Below are positions 39,154 through 48,993 of a DNA stretch of 64,000 nt, in pieces. The DNA is from Candidatus Binatia bacterium (lineage in GTDB: Bacteria > Desulfobacterota > Binatia > Bin18). The stretch spans positions 1,248,001-1,312,000 of the forward strand of contig OY761159.2 of NCBI GenBank assembly GCA_963664395.2. The letters run 5' to 3'. The notes beneath the pieces are model-generated. The model did no database searches. It was not told the DNA's origin and saw only the letters and a program-made list of their open reading frames with translations. The first letter of the stretch is position 1. Each line of letters starts with the position of its first letter. The translations under genes were made by a program, and so were the position numbers.

Positions 39154-39379
39154 GGTAGTGTCTCAGTTTGAATCCTTTGGATTTCGCTCTCGTATGGCGG
39201 ACCTTAACTCCGCCTGCCGCAGTGTTTTGGCCTCACTGATAAATAGGGATACTACGCATAATTTGCCGCCCTTGTCCCTACCAAAATTGGTAGGAAATGA
39301 AAAAAAATGACGAGGGCGTCGAAAAAGATGGGCAGGCAATCAGCGGCGAGGAGAAGCAATTTCAAAGTGAGACACTACC
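39154..39379. mobile_element. 226-bp MITE with 19-bp TIRs and 8-bp target-site duplication
   Basis: TIR GGTAGTGTCTCAGTTTGAA / TTCAAAGTGAGACACTACC (1 mismatch). GACGCCCG duplicated at 39146-39153 and 39380-39387. Confidence 0.9.
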
Positions 39380-39670
39380 GACGCCCGGAACAGCATAAGG
39401 ACGCCGGGCCGGTGTAAAGACCATACGCAGATGGAGTGAGGCCCTCCCTATTCCCCCCGCCCCGGATCGCGACTCCCAGGGCATAACAGGGATGTTCTAT
39501 TCGGCAGGCAACCCGACAAGTTGTCTGCGTGGCCCTTTACAAGGCCGAACCTTAGCCGGGAAGAGAAAATGAAGTCAAAGGCCGGAACGAGCAAAACCCA
39601 CGCCGTCACGGGGTGCCGCGCGCGCGACCCCGATAGCAGCCCTCCGCCCGCACGGACAGACCGTCCGGGC

Positions 39671-39720
39671 TCACTCGGTCTCGGTAATCACAAAGTTCTG
39701 ACTCGTCTGCTGCCACTCCA
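39671..39720 (-). pseudogene. 50-bp 3' remnant of a paralog of the repeat-domain gene
   Basis: Encodes EWQQTSQNFVITETE*, versus EWQQNSQNFVITDVE* ending at 37685. Confidence 0.8.
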
Positions 39721-39774
39721 CCGGCATGACGAGCGCGCAATGGCATGGCTACAGCCTAGCGTGAAACGCTCTGG
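39721..39774. mobile_element. Half copy (one arm) of the 37454 element, inverted relative to its left arm
   Basis: Reverse complement matches 37454-37507 at 45 of 54 positions. Confidence 0.8.
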
Positions 39775-39849
39775 TGATAGGGTCAAGCGATCTCTCGCAC
39801 TGGCATATAGTGTGCAGTGACAGTAAGAAAGGGCCAGAGGATTTCTAAA

Positions 39850-40395
39850 ATGTCACATTCCCCTACGACTGATCCGTTTGCGGATATCTTGAGTACCACG
39901 AACACACACCGTGCCCAGCATGGCTGCGGGGCCTACCCGTATGATAAGGGCACATTACTTGGAGTCCTTGCGGCGGCAGTCAAGGCTACTCGGATTATCG
40001 AGGTGGGGACCGCCCTCGGTTACAGTGCCCTCTGGCTTGCCCACGGCGCTCCAAATGCTCAGGTCGATACTATTGAGAGCGATCCTGAGCACGTTCGTAT
40101 CGCCCGTCAACACTGCATTGACTATCAGATGAGCAACCGCGTCCACGTCCACCATGGTGATGCCCCGGCAGTCCTCGGCGGCCTTGGCTCTAACGTCTAC
40201 GATCTCGCATTCTTCGACGGATTCGCGCCAACACCTCAGTTGGTCGCAAGTCTATATCAACGGCTACGAACCGGCGGTGTTCTGGTATGTGCGAACCTCA
40301 CACTCGGCCCTCACAACGCGGACGATCTCCTCGCTGATCCAGACGCCTGGCTGGTGCATTCATTTGGTGAGACTGCCATTGCGGTGAAGCGTTGA
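39850..40395 (+). CDS. O-methyltransferase (Methyltransf_3-like)
   Basis: IIEVGTALGYSALWLA, YDLAFFDG, LRTGGVLVCAN. Confidence 0.88.
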   Translation: MSHSPTTDPFADILSTTNTHRAQHGCGAYPYDKGTLLGVLAAAVKATRIIEVGTALGYSALWLAHGAPNAQVDTIESDPEHVRIARQHCIDYQMSNRVHVHHGDAPAVLGGLGSNVYDLAFFDGFAPTPQLVASLYQRLRTGGVLVCANLTLGPHNADDLLADPDAWLVHSFGETAIAVKR

Positions 40396-40396
40396 T

Positions 40397-41465
40397 TCAG
40401 TAGCCGCGCTCCCAGTCCAAGACATTCAGGAGGGCTTGGCCGCTGACGTAGCGTCGCAGATTCTCGCAGAACAACTCCAGGCCCTTGGCCTGCTGCACAT
40501 CCGTTCCACCCGACGTATGCGGAGTAATGACAACATTCGGTAGTTGCCAGAGTTCCTTCGGTGGCGGCCCGGTGAATTCTCCAGTGTAGACATCCAGACC
40601 AGCCCCGGCGATCCAGCCTGCCTGCAATGCCTGGGTGAGTGCCGATTGGTCAATGATTTCACCCCGGGCCACATTGATGAGATACGCACCCGGTTTCATC
40701 TGGCGTAGTTCAGCTTCACCAATGAGTCCGTCCGTTTCTGGTGTCCACTGTGTACTCACCACAACGAAATCACTCTGCTCAAGCAAAACAGACGAGTTCT
40801 GAGGGCGGCAGTAGTTGGTCGATGCCCTGCGTCTGACTCTGCGAGGTGGTTACTGACCGCCGGGTTGCCACGACACGCATCCCGACTGCTTTGGCGAGAC
40901 GCGCAACAGCACTCCCAATACCACCCAGGCCGATAATGCCGACGGTTTTTCCCTGGACCAGTATGGGCCGATAGGCGCGACGTTCGAACGCCTGCTTGTT
41001 CTGATCATGAAAAGCTTGAGGCCACGACTTCGCAAAGAGAAGGATCGTGGACAACACATATTCTGCAATAGGCAAAGAGTTATTCAGCCCGCGCGACGTG
41101 GTCACAACGACGTTGCTGCCCCAGATGTCGCACATGCGCAGATTCGAGGCACCCGCCGGTGTTTGGTGGAGCCACTTGAGGCGGGGCGTCCGAGCACGTA
41201 GATCGAGCGGGAAAGGGAATCGAATACAGATGACCTCGGCTTCAGCCAGCAGGGCATCCCGCTCGGCGCGGGTCGAGGTGTTTGCCGCGACGAGGGCCTG
41301 TGGGACGTAGCGACGAACAGATTCCGCCGGCCAGGTCTCAGCGTACTCAACCTCGAACTTGCCGCGTGCATCGACAACCCGAATGCGGGCATCAACGGCC
41401 GCTATCTTTTCTATGACGGCGTCTCCCACCGCACCGAGGAGCAGGATGTTGAGAGGCGGGGCCAT
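40397..41465 (-). pseudogene. D-2-hydroxyacid dehydrogenase, frameshifted near 40787
   Basis: N-terminal part with GIIGLGGIG in one frame; C-terminal part LEQSDFVV..INVARG..AGLDV..TPH in another. One extra base around TGTTTTGCTTGAG. Confidence 0.8.
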
Positions 41466-41485
41466 TCGGGTTGCCGGCAGTCTGC

Positions 41486-41896
41486 CTATTCGGCGCCGAG
41501 GGCATCGAGCGCCGCGCGGGCGCATTCGATGTCTTCATCTTCCGTTCCGCCGCTGGCTCCAACGCCGCCGAGAAATTCGCCATTCACCGCGAGCGGCAAA
41601 CCACCGCCGGCCAAGAGCAACGGCCGGCCGATAATCCCGGCCACACTCGTGAACAACTGCGAGCGAGATTCCGCCAGTTCGGCCACCTCGCGCGAGGTGC
41701 GACGAAAAGTCGCTGCGGTAAACGCCTTGCTCTGGGCCACCCCGGTTGTCAGCCAGCGGGCGTTATCCATACGGGCCAGGGCGACCAGATTCCCGGCCGA
41801 GTCTGTGACCGCAAAGCTCATATCCCAGCCTTTTTCCTGGGCCTTTTGTTTGGCGGCGGCGATAAATTGTTCTGCCAGCGCTAATGTGAGTGACAT
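41486..41896 (-). CDS. GlcG/HbpS family heme-binding protein (cytoplasmic)
   Basis: AVTDSAG...RMD...KAFTA...GGGLPL...GGVGASGG. Confidence 0.9.
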   Translation of the reverse strand: MSLTLALAEQFIAAAKQKAQEKGWDMSFAVTDSAGNLVALARMDNARWLTTGVAQSKAFTAATFRRTSREVAELAESRSQLFTSVAGIIGRPLLLAGGGLPLAVNGEFLGGVGASGGTEDEDIECARAALDALGAE

Positions 41897-41929
41897 AGTC
41901 TTCCTTTCTTTTTTGCTGAGTGGACTCTT

Positions 41930-42895
41930 TTATGGTGTCAGTACCAGCTTGCCGAAAACTTTACTCGCAAGCAGGTCATTCAGGGCTTGAGCCGCCTCAG
42001 CCAACGGATACGTCTTACTCACCAAGGCTTTGAGTGTTCCAGCGGCAAACAGCGGGGTGAGCGTGGCCGCCATCTCCGGGATGACCTGGTCAGCATTAAT
42101 GAGGCTCATGCCATAGAAGGTGATATCTTTGATGAGGGCCGGCAGCACGCCGAACGTCGCGTCCGGAGCCTTGCCGGTGCCCGTGCCGATTAAGACAATG
42201 CGGCCGGACTTGGCAACGGCCGAGCAGTCGGCAGCCAAGTTATCTGTGGCGACATTCTCAATGATGACATCCACTCCCTTGCCCTGGGTCAGCTTGAGAA
42301 CCTCTGCCGCAAAATCCTGCTGTTTATAATTCAGCGCGACCTCAGCACCCAGTGCGCGTGTCCGGTCTGCTTTTTCCTGTGACCCAACGGTCGTAATCAC
42401 CCGAGCGCCCGCGGCTTTGGCCAGCTGGATAGCCGCGACGCCAACGCCACCGCCACCGGCAGAAATCAGGACCGTTTCTCCCGCCTGCACCCCTGCTTTA
42501 TGATGCAAGGCATAATAGGCCGTATAAAACGGTATCGGGATCGCCGCCCCCTCAGCAAAAGAGAGCGCGGACGGCAGGGGTATTGCCTCGCGGGCGAGCA
42601 GACACGCCTTTTCCGCATAGCCGGCACTGATCGCGCGGCCAAATACACGGTCGCCGACCTGAACCTGCGTAACCCCCGGACTCACGGCTTCGACCTCACC
42701 AGACACGTCCGTACCAGTGATATAGGGAAGTTTCAGCGGGGCAAGCTTGCCGGACAGCCGGACTAAATCGGCGGGGTTGATACCAATCGCCCGGACTCGA
42801 ATGAGGACCTGGGCCTCCCCCAACTCGGGGTCGGGGGCATCCTCATAGCGGAGTTGCTCCGGTCCTCCAGGTTGATGCGCTCGCATTGCCTTCAT
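41930..42895 (-). CDS. NADPH:quinone oxidoreductase (zeta-crystallin/MDR family)
   Basis: MKAMR..PGGPEQL, GINPAD, GETVLISAGGGGVG, GKLVL. Confidence 0.9.
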   Translation of the reverse strand: MKAMRAHQPGGPEQLRYEDAPDPELGEAQVLIRVRAIGINPADLVRLSGKLAPLKLPYITGTDVSGEVEAVSPGVTQVQVGDRVFGRAISAGYAEKACLLAREAIPLPSALSFAEGAAIPIPFYTAYYALHHKAGVQAGETVLISAGGGGVGVAAIQLAKAAGARVITTVGSQEKADRTRALGAEVALNYKQQDFAAEVLKLTQGKGVDVIIENVATDNLAADCSAVAKSGRIVLIGTGTGKAPDATFGVLPALIKDITFYGMSLINADQVIPEMAATLTPLFAAGTLKALVSKTYPLAEAAQALNDLLASKVFGKLVLTP

Positions 42896-42911
42896 AGCCC
42901 ACCTTCTCCTG

Positions 42912-43820
42912 TTAGCGCTGATGGTAGAGCGGATGGCCGGTGTAGGGCGTCTTGACGCAACTGAAGTGATCGCCTTCGAGATTGGCGATATACAGCGTCT
43001 GCAAGTCCGGCCCACCAAAGGCACAGTTGGTCGGGAAGTTGAGCTTCTTGCCTTCAGCCGAATCATCGATCAGCATGCTCCAGTTGCCGTTGGTATCAAC
43101 GGCGATGACCTGATGGGCCGGCACCATCTCCCCGCCCGTCACCACCGCCGGCAGCGTGACGTACATATTACCGTCTACGTCAAAAGCCATGCCATCCGGC
43201 AGGGCCGGAAAATCCTTGGAATATATCTCGGGCTTCCCAAACGTGCCATCTTTCTTGATCTGAATGCGCAGACAGTCGTTCCGGGTGCTTTCCAGCAGGT
43301 AGACCGCGTCTTCTTTCGGGTCGATCGCGGTGCCGTTGGCCAGATAAATACCCTCGGCCACGATTTCACTCTTCCCGTTCGGGCGGATGACGACCAGCGC
43401 CCCTTTGGCTGAGGGGGTAGCCAACTCGGCCAGGACATTCTCAATACTCGACGTACTCGAATTCGAGACGTAGAGATTGCCCTCGGCATCATAGCTGGCA
43501 AAATTCGGGAGGGTCAGTTTGAGTGCGCCAACCTGGTCGGCAATCAGCGACACTGCTCCGCTCTGGGTCACGCGCATCATGGCCTGCTTGCCCAGATCGC
43601 AGTAGACCAGATCGCCATTGCGGTCCATGGTCACCCCATTGGGGATAGAACCCTCGGGCAGGGTGACTAATTCACTCACGGTGCCATCGGGTGTGACCTT
43701 ATACATAATGCCGTTCCGGCCACCGCCAAAGACGTTGCCCTCTTTATCAACAACTACGCCCTCGGCCTGCAATACGCCCTTGCCAAAAATATCAACCTGA
43801 TCAACTGAAAATGTTGCCAT
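42912..43820 (-). CDS. SMP-30/gluconolactonase/LRE family beta-propeller
   Basis: AEGVVVD, PNG, ANG, PDGMAFDVDGN, PTNCAFGG. Confidence 0.9.
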   Translation of the reverse strand: MATFSVDQVDIFGKGVLQAEGVVVDKEGNVFGGGRNGIMYKVTPDGTVSELVTLPEGSIPNGVTMDRNGDLVYCDLGKQAMMRVTQSGAVSLIADQVGALKLTLPNFASYDAEGNLYVSNSSTSSIENVLAELATPSAKGALVVIRPNGKSEIVAEGIYLANGTAIDPKEDAVYLLESTRNDCLRIQIKKDGTFGKPEIYSKDFPALPDGMAFDVDGNMYVTLPAVVTGGEMVPAHQVIAVDTNGNWSMLIDDSAEGKKLNFPTNCAFGGPDLQTLYIANLEGDHFSCVKTPYTGHPLYHQR

Positions 43821-43849
43821 GGAAGGTCCTCCTTTTTCTCGGTCGAGAC

Positions 43850-44320
43850 CTACGCCTCGACGCTGGCCGCCTCAGCCGTCTCGCTCTGTTTCGTAAACGT
43901 CACCTTGCCAACTTCCGAGCCGCTCAAGACAACCAGAAGATTCGCTTCCTGGTCACCTATATTCCGAAACCCTTCGGATGTTCCGGCCGGAAAGGAAATC
44001 GTATCCCACGGTCCGAGGACGACCTCATTTTCGCCCTTGTCTCCCCAGAAAAAGGCGCAGGTGCCGGACAGCACCACAAACACCTCGGGCTTCGGATGAC
44101 TATGCAACGGGGCTCCTTTTCCCGGACTGACCTTATTGATGGCCATGGTAAAGCCGTGGTCACCCTTGATCGCCGGACTGGTCTTTCCCGCCCGACCAAT
44201 CAACGCATAGCCCTGGGTGCCGTCAGGTTTGTAGTTCTTGATAAAGCTCGCGTAGTCAATCGGTTTGAGGTCTTCAAACCGTGCAACGCTGGTCTGCATA
44301 CCTTCTTTTCCGTATGCCAT
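43850..44320 (-). CDS. Cupin domain protein
   Basis: PGKGAPLHSH..PEVFVVLSG...LGPWDTISFPAG. Confidence 0.88.
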   Translation of the reverse strand: MAYGKEGMQTSVARFEDLKPIDYASFIKNYKPDGTQGYALIGRAGKTSPAIKGDHGFTMAINKVSPGKGAPLHSHPKPEVFVVLSGTCAFFWGDKGENEVVLGPWDTISFPAGTSEGFRNIGDQEANLLVVLSGSEVGKVTFTKQSETAEAASVEA

Positions 44321-44349
44321 AGTCCCTCCTGTGGTAGTTTGCAATGTAT

Positions 44350-45513
44350 CTAAATCACCCCGGCTTCCTTCCACCCTTCTATATCTGCTTCACTATGCCC
44401 CAGCCAGTCTCGATAGACCTCATGGTTATGTTCGCCCGGTTGTGGAATCGGACCAATTTTTCCTGGTGTATCGGAGAACTTGACGGTGAGACCAGGAACA
44501 TACGTGTGCCCTTTTTCTTTATCCTCAATTTCGACCAGCATCTCGCGTTCCCATAAGTGTGGATCTCGGGCCGCTTGCGGCACGGAGTGCACCGGCCCAA
44601 CCGGCACCTCAGCCTGTTCCAGTATCTGCACCACCTCAGCCACCGTCTTATCTTTAATCCAATCAGTCACCAAGGCGTTGACCTCGTCCGCATGAGACGC
44701 CCGGCCTGGAATGCTCGAAAAACGTTCGTCATGTATTAAATCTTCCCGACTTATACCTTTACAGAACCGCCCCCACATATGTTGCGGCACGGCCAGAATA
44801 TACACCCAGCCGTCTTTCGCCTGGTAGGTGTTACACGGGGCAATACCGCCGGGGGTATTGCCCCGTCGCTGCGGTTCCTTGCCAGTAAGAAGGTATTGGG
44901 CAATCGGAATTTCCATCAGCGTGTAGCCGGTGTCGAGCAGACACACGTCAAGGGACTGTCCCTCTCCGGTGACATCTCGACGGTGGAGGGCACCCAACGC
45001 CCCAATAGTGGCATGCAGCGCCGTGATCCGATCAATGATAGGCGAATTGGTCATGATCGGCGGACCATCCGGAAATCCGGTGTGGCCCATGAGACCGGAC
45101 ATGGCTTGGCCAATCGGATCGTAGGCTGGCCGGTCCCGGTACGGCCCCACCTGCCCAAAACCAGACACGTTAATGAGAATAAGCCCAGGGTTGAGCTGTT
45201 TGAGTGTCTCATACCCCAGGCCCATCTTATCCATGACACCAGGCCGAAAGTTCTGGAGCAGCATATCGACTTTGGGCACGAGTGATTTGAGGAGAGAAAT
45301 GCCCTGCCCGCTCCGCAGATTCAGCGTAATACTCTTCTTCCCTCGGTTGTACGCCGACCAGTATACGCTGCCTAAGCCGCGCGACTCATCCCCACCCGGC
45401 GCTTCGACTTTAATAACCTCCGCACCAAGATCGCTGAGAACCATCGCACAGCGTGGACCGGCCTGATAGCGTCCGAGATCAAGGACTTTGATGCCGTCGA
45501 TACAACCAGTCAT
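44350..45513 (-). CDS. CaiB/BaiF class III CoA-transferase
   Basis: GIKVLDL, LSDLGAEVIKVE, NRGKKS, NFRPG, SGFGQ.GPY. Confidence 0.93.
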   Translation of the reverse strand: MTGCIDGIKVLDLGRYQAGPRCAMVLSDLGAEVIKVEAPGGDESRGLGSVYWSAYNRGKKSITLNLRSGQGISLLKSLVPKVDMLLQNFRPGVMDKMGLGYETLKQLNPGLILINVSGFGQVGPYRDRPAYDPIGQAMSGLMGHTGFPDGPPIMTNSPIIDRITALHATIGALGALHRRDVTGEGQSLDVCLLDTGYTLMEIPIAQYLLTGKEPQRRGNTPGGIAPCNTYQAKDGWVYILAVPQHMWGRFCKGISREDLIHDERFSSIPGRASHADEVNALVTDWIKDKTVAEVVQILEQAEVPVGPVHSVPQAARDPHLWEREMLVEIEDKEKGHTYVPGLTVKFSDTPGKIGPIPQPGEHNHEVYRDWLGHSEADIEGWKEAGVI

Positions 45514-45565
45514 ATCCGTCCATCCTTTTAGCCCTCAAGTCCATACAACCGAGCCGCCTGAGAGG

Positions 45566-45607
45566 AAAAAAAACGGGGAACCGGAGAGCGATTCTCCGGT
45601 TCCCCGT
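45566..45607 (-). terminator. Rho-independent terminator of the amidohydrolase gene
   Basis: 15-bp perfect stem ACGGGGAACCGGAGA / TCTCCGGTTCCCCGT, with T8 on the minus strand. Confidence 0.85.
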
Positions 45608-45650
45608 CTGGTTGGTTACGATTCGTGGTGGAACGCGCTAAGCGGGTTGC

Positions 45651-47393
45651 CTAGCGGGCCGCACCGTTGCGGAGTAGCGCGCCCGAGATATTCCCAGTGC
45701 ATTCACCATTCCGGAAAGTCTCTTCACCGTTGACCAGGATGTTCTTATAGCCTTCGGCTTTTTGGACCCGCCGCCATTCGTTAGCCGGCAGATCGTGCGC
45801 AATCTCGCCCGGCAGAGCCTTAACGGTATCGGCGTTGTAGACCACGATGTCGGCCGCTTGGCCTACACGTAGCGTCCCTCGATCCGTGATACCCGCCGCC
45901 CAGGCCATAATCCCACTCAGGCGGAAGTGGGCTTCTTCCAGGCTCAGGATGCCCTGCTCCCGCACCAGCCAGGACAGGACTTCGGTCGGGTAGATGGCAG
46001 GCGTAATGAACTTCACGTGCGCGCCGCCATCCGACACGCCGGGCAGCGTGTACGGCGAGCTCATCAGCTCCTTGTAGCCCTCGATGTTGGAATTGGCCAC
46101 CGGACCGGCCCACTCGGTGCGCAGATCATCGGCCACGGACAGGTCGAGCATAGCGTCGATGACATGCTTGCCTTCCTTTTCGGCAATTTGCTCCACCGAC
46201 ATACCTTCGTATTGGAGTTTGAGGTCGGTATTGCGAACCTTGCGCGCGATGAACTTGTGGAACTCACCAAAGATGACATTCATAGTGTCCATGCCGCCAA
46301 TGTCGTAGTCCTCGCGCATTTCCTTGCGCAGCTCAGGCTTCGACAGTTTGGCTTTGCGCTCTTCGACCGTTCCGAGCGTGGCTTCCTTCCAGGCCGGCAT
46401 ACCATCAAACAGGTTCCAGTCTTCCAGGGTCATCCGCACTGGGGCCCGAGCGGTGACGCCCTGTCCGAACACGCGAGCGCCGCGTTCGTTCGCCGCATTG
46501 ACCCAATTCAGCTGGGCCCGGTGGGATTCAGGATGCTTGTCACTGATTAAGAGCGCGTTGTACAGCAGCGGACGGCCGGCTGTCTTGGTCATCTTTTCCA
46601 GGAATTTGAAATCATCCTCAACACCAAAAGAACTTTCACTTGCACCGGACTGGGTAAACTGAATACAGCCCTCACCCACTTCGCTCATGGCTTTGGCCAT
46701 ATCCATATAGAACTCATCCGGCAGGATGTCGGTGATCATCGGCGTGCCATCATAGTCGCGCTGCACAGACACCCGGCTCTCGGGCACCAGACGCTGGGCG
46801 GACCAACCCGCGGCGCCAGCCTTCACGGCTTCCTTGTACAGGCCGGTAATGGTGTCCATCTCTTCTTTATTTGGGAAGCGCTTCTTGGCATCATCAAAGC
46901 CACCCATCACATACGCCACTGCAGGGGCAAGCGGGAAGAGATGAGAAACGTTGACGCCCAAGGGCATACGGGACAGACGATCCATGTATTGGGGGAAGGT
47001 TTCCCAGTCAACCTTCATCGACACCCGCATGGGCTCCAGGGGAATCGCTTCGGTACGGGACAAGGCCAGCATGGCCCGGTCGGCGTCTTGCGGTCGCAGC
47101 GGAGCAAAACCAAACCCGCAGTTTCCAATGGTGACGGTGGTCACACCGTGCCAACTGCCAATCGTGCAGTACGGGTCCCAGTGCAACTGGGCATCGTAGT
47201 GGGTGTGCAGATCAATGAACCCAGGCGCGACGATATGCCCGCTGGCATCAACCTCTTTTTTGGCATCGCTGCTGCTGATTTTCCCGATCTCAGCAACTTT
47301 ACCGTCCTTAATACCAAGGTCGGCTTGGTAGCGTGGTACCTTCGTTCCGTCAACGATCATACCGCCTTTGATAACTGTATCAAACTGTGGCAT
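45651..47393 (-). CDS. N-acyl-D-amino-acid deacylase-like amidohydrolase
   Basis: APGFIDLHTHYD, HGVTT..GNCG, SDGGAH, ADIVVY. Confidence 0.9.
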   Translation of the reverse strand: MPQFDTVIKGGMIVDGTKVPRYQADLGIKDGKVAEIGKISSSDAKKEVDASGHIVAPGFIDLHTHYDAQLHWDPYCTIGSWHGVTTVTIGNCGFGFAPLRPQDADRAMLALSRTEAIPLEPMRVSMKVDWETFPQYMDRLSRMPLGVNVSHLFPLAPAVAYVMGGFDDAKKRFPNKEEMDTITGLYKEAVKAGAAGWSAQRLVPESRVSVQRDYDGTPMITDILPDEFYMDMAKAMSEVGEGCIQFTQSGASESSFGVEDDFKFLEKMTKTAGRPLLYNALLISDKHPESHRAQLNWVNAANERGARVFGQGVTARAPVRMTLEDWNLFDGMPAWKEATLGTVEERKAKLSKPELRKEMREDYDIGGMDTMNVIFGEFHKFIARKVRNTDLKLQYEGMSVEQIAEKEGKHVIDAMLDLSVADDLRTEWAGPVANSNIEGYKELMSSPYTLPGVSDGGAHVKFITPAIYPTEVLSWLVREQGILSLEEAHFRLSGIMAWAAGITDRGTLRVGQAADIVVYNADTVKALPGEIAHDLPANEWRRVQKAEGYKNILVNGEETFRNGECTGNISGALLRNGAAR

Positions 47394-47464
47394 ACTCCCC
47401 CCCTTTTATAGTTTTATGGGCATTCTATCGTCGGCATACTCTCGGAGTAATCTGCTGTCAACCT

Positions 47465-47800
47465 TCAGGCAGAAAAAACAATGCTCTTGAATGCTCTTGT
47501 CTGTGGGAAACCTCTCCCGTGCCCATCATAATGATAGCCCAGACGTGCGGCGCGCTCGACCGCTTTCTTGACACGGGCACCGATCCAAATCGGCGGGTGC
47601 GGCTGCTGGACGGGGCGTGGCGTGAGACGGGCCTTTTTGAGATGATAATAGTTGCCCTCAAAAGAAAATGCCTCGTTTGTCCAGAGTCCCTGCAGAACAG
47701 CGAGGTCTTCTTCCAGACGCGCATCGCGCTGCTCACGGGGAAAGCCGAAGGCAGTAAATTCTTTAGTGCGATAGCCTTTGCCCACACCAAGATCGAAGTG
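47465..47800 (-). pseudogene. Internal fragment of an LLM-class oxidoreductase
   Basis: FDLGVGKGYR..EF...PRPVQQPHPPIWIGA...AVERAARLG, with no N- or C-terminus. Confidence 0.75.
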
Positions 47801-47884
47801 GATAATACTGCTGAAAGAGACTCACCGCATTCTGATCACATTGTCACGCGGGCGATCGGCCCAGCCCGCGCCGAGGAGGCTCCC

Positions 47885-48608
47885 ATCGCCACGATCGAGA
47901 TTATTGGCCCCACGGTGTCACCGTTCGTCGTCAAGATTCTTGCAGCCGCCGACTACAAGCGGCTCTCATACACACACACGGAGCAGGTGAGTATACGGGA
48001 GCTGAAGAAGTACAATCCGGCTACCAGGAAGGTACCGATAGTCCTTTTCGATGGAGAGGCGGTCTACGACTCGACTGTGATCCTGCGGCGCTTCGACCAA
48101 GTGCACCCCACTGCAGCCCTCTTGTCCGAAGATGCACATAGCGCAGCAGCGGATGCTCGAAGACTGGAGCGACGAGTCGCTCTATTGGTATATGATGGCG
48201 CTGCGCTGGCATCCGAAGAACGAGCACCGCACGATTGCGCAGAATTCCCAGTTCGTGCCGGCCCCGGTCCGTCTGTTCGCGAAGCCACTCCTGCGTCGTT
48301 TGGTCGGGAACCTGGCCAAGGCCCAGGGAATGGGCCGCCTGCCCTACGACCTGTTGATCGCGGCGTTGGGGAATCGGCTCGATGATCTGGTGCGACTACT
48401 CGGGAAGCAGCCCTTCTTCTACTCGGATCGACCCAGCGTGGCGGATTTCGCGATCTACGGCCAATTCGCTACCGGCTGTACGGGCGGGGTGACGCCGGAC
48501 TTCGCCGAGCAAGTCTCCCAACGCGCGGCGCTGGTCGATTGGCGCAAGCGCGTGGAGGAAGCAATCGTCCTGAAAGAGCCGATGGAGAAGCCTTTGAAGT
48601 ATTCGTAA
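47885..48608 (+). pseudogene. Glutathione S-transferase family gene, frameshifted, start codon apparently ATC
   Basis: SPFVVKI...KVP...DST.I in one frame; LEDWSDE...PSVADFAIYGQF in another, with the shift near 48140. GGAGG is followed by ATC, not ATG. Confidence 0.75.
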
Positions 48609-48874
48609 AAGAGTTGCTCTTTATCAAATGTAACGTACGATTTTCCCATATCTGTTTCTCAAGTTCTGAACGAGTTACGTTTTGTATCACCGAGTTGAGG
48701 GGCGCTTGATAATGACCGACCGAAGCGGTGGCGAAGGGAAAGCCAGCGTCAACGCGCCCGTGCCCGTTTCACTTTCTTCCGGGGGCCTCACCCGCTGCAC
48801 CGCCTTATCCGAGTGTATTCACCGCAGATGGAAACGTGTTGATCCCCAGCGATTCCCGAAAATCCGCGGTGGGT

Positions 48875-48961
48875 TTCACGATCAACGACAACGCCTTCCG
48901 GACCTTTGGGTCCAATAGCAGCCGTTTCCACTTGGTCCGGACTGAGCTGTTGGTAGGCCAT
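48875..48961 (-). pseudogene. N-terminal remnant of an SMP-30/gluconolactonase gene
   Basis: GGAGG then ATG 48961: MAYQQLSPDQVETAAIGPKGPEGVVVDRE, similar to MATFSVDQVDIFGKGVLQAEGVVVDKE of 42912-43820. Similarity then stops. Confidence 0.6.
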
Positions 48962-48993
48962 GGTGTACCTCCTGAGGGATGTAACAGGGGTTG

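Noticed and set aside
39801-39816. Possible sigma54 promoter TGGCATATAGTGTGCA upstream of the O-methyltransferase
   Set aside because: GG/GC spacing fits, but the site deviates from consensus and equally contains a sigma70 -10 box (TATAGT); cannot be resolved from sequence.
47387-48385. 332-aa ORF as a single novel protein
   Set aside because: Chance read-through of the antisense LLM remnant into the first half of the broken GST.
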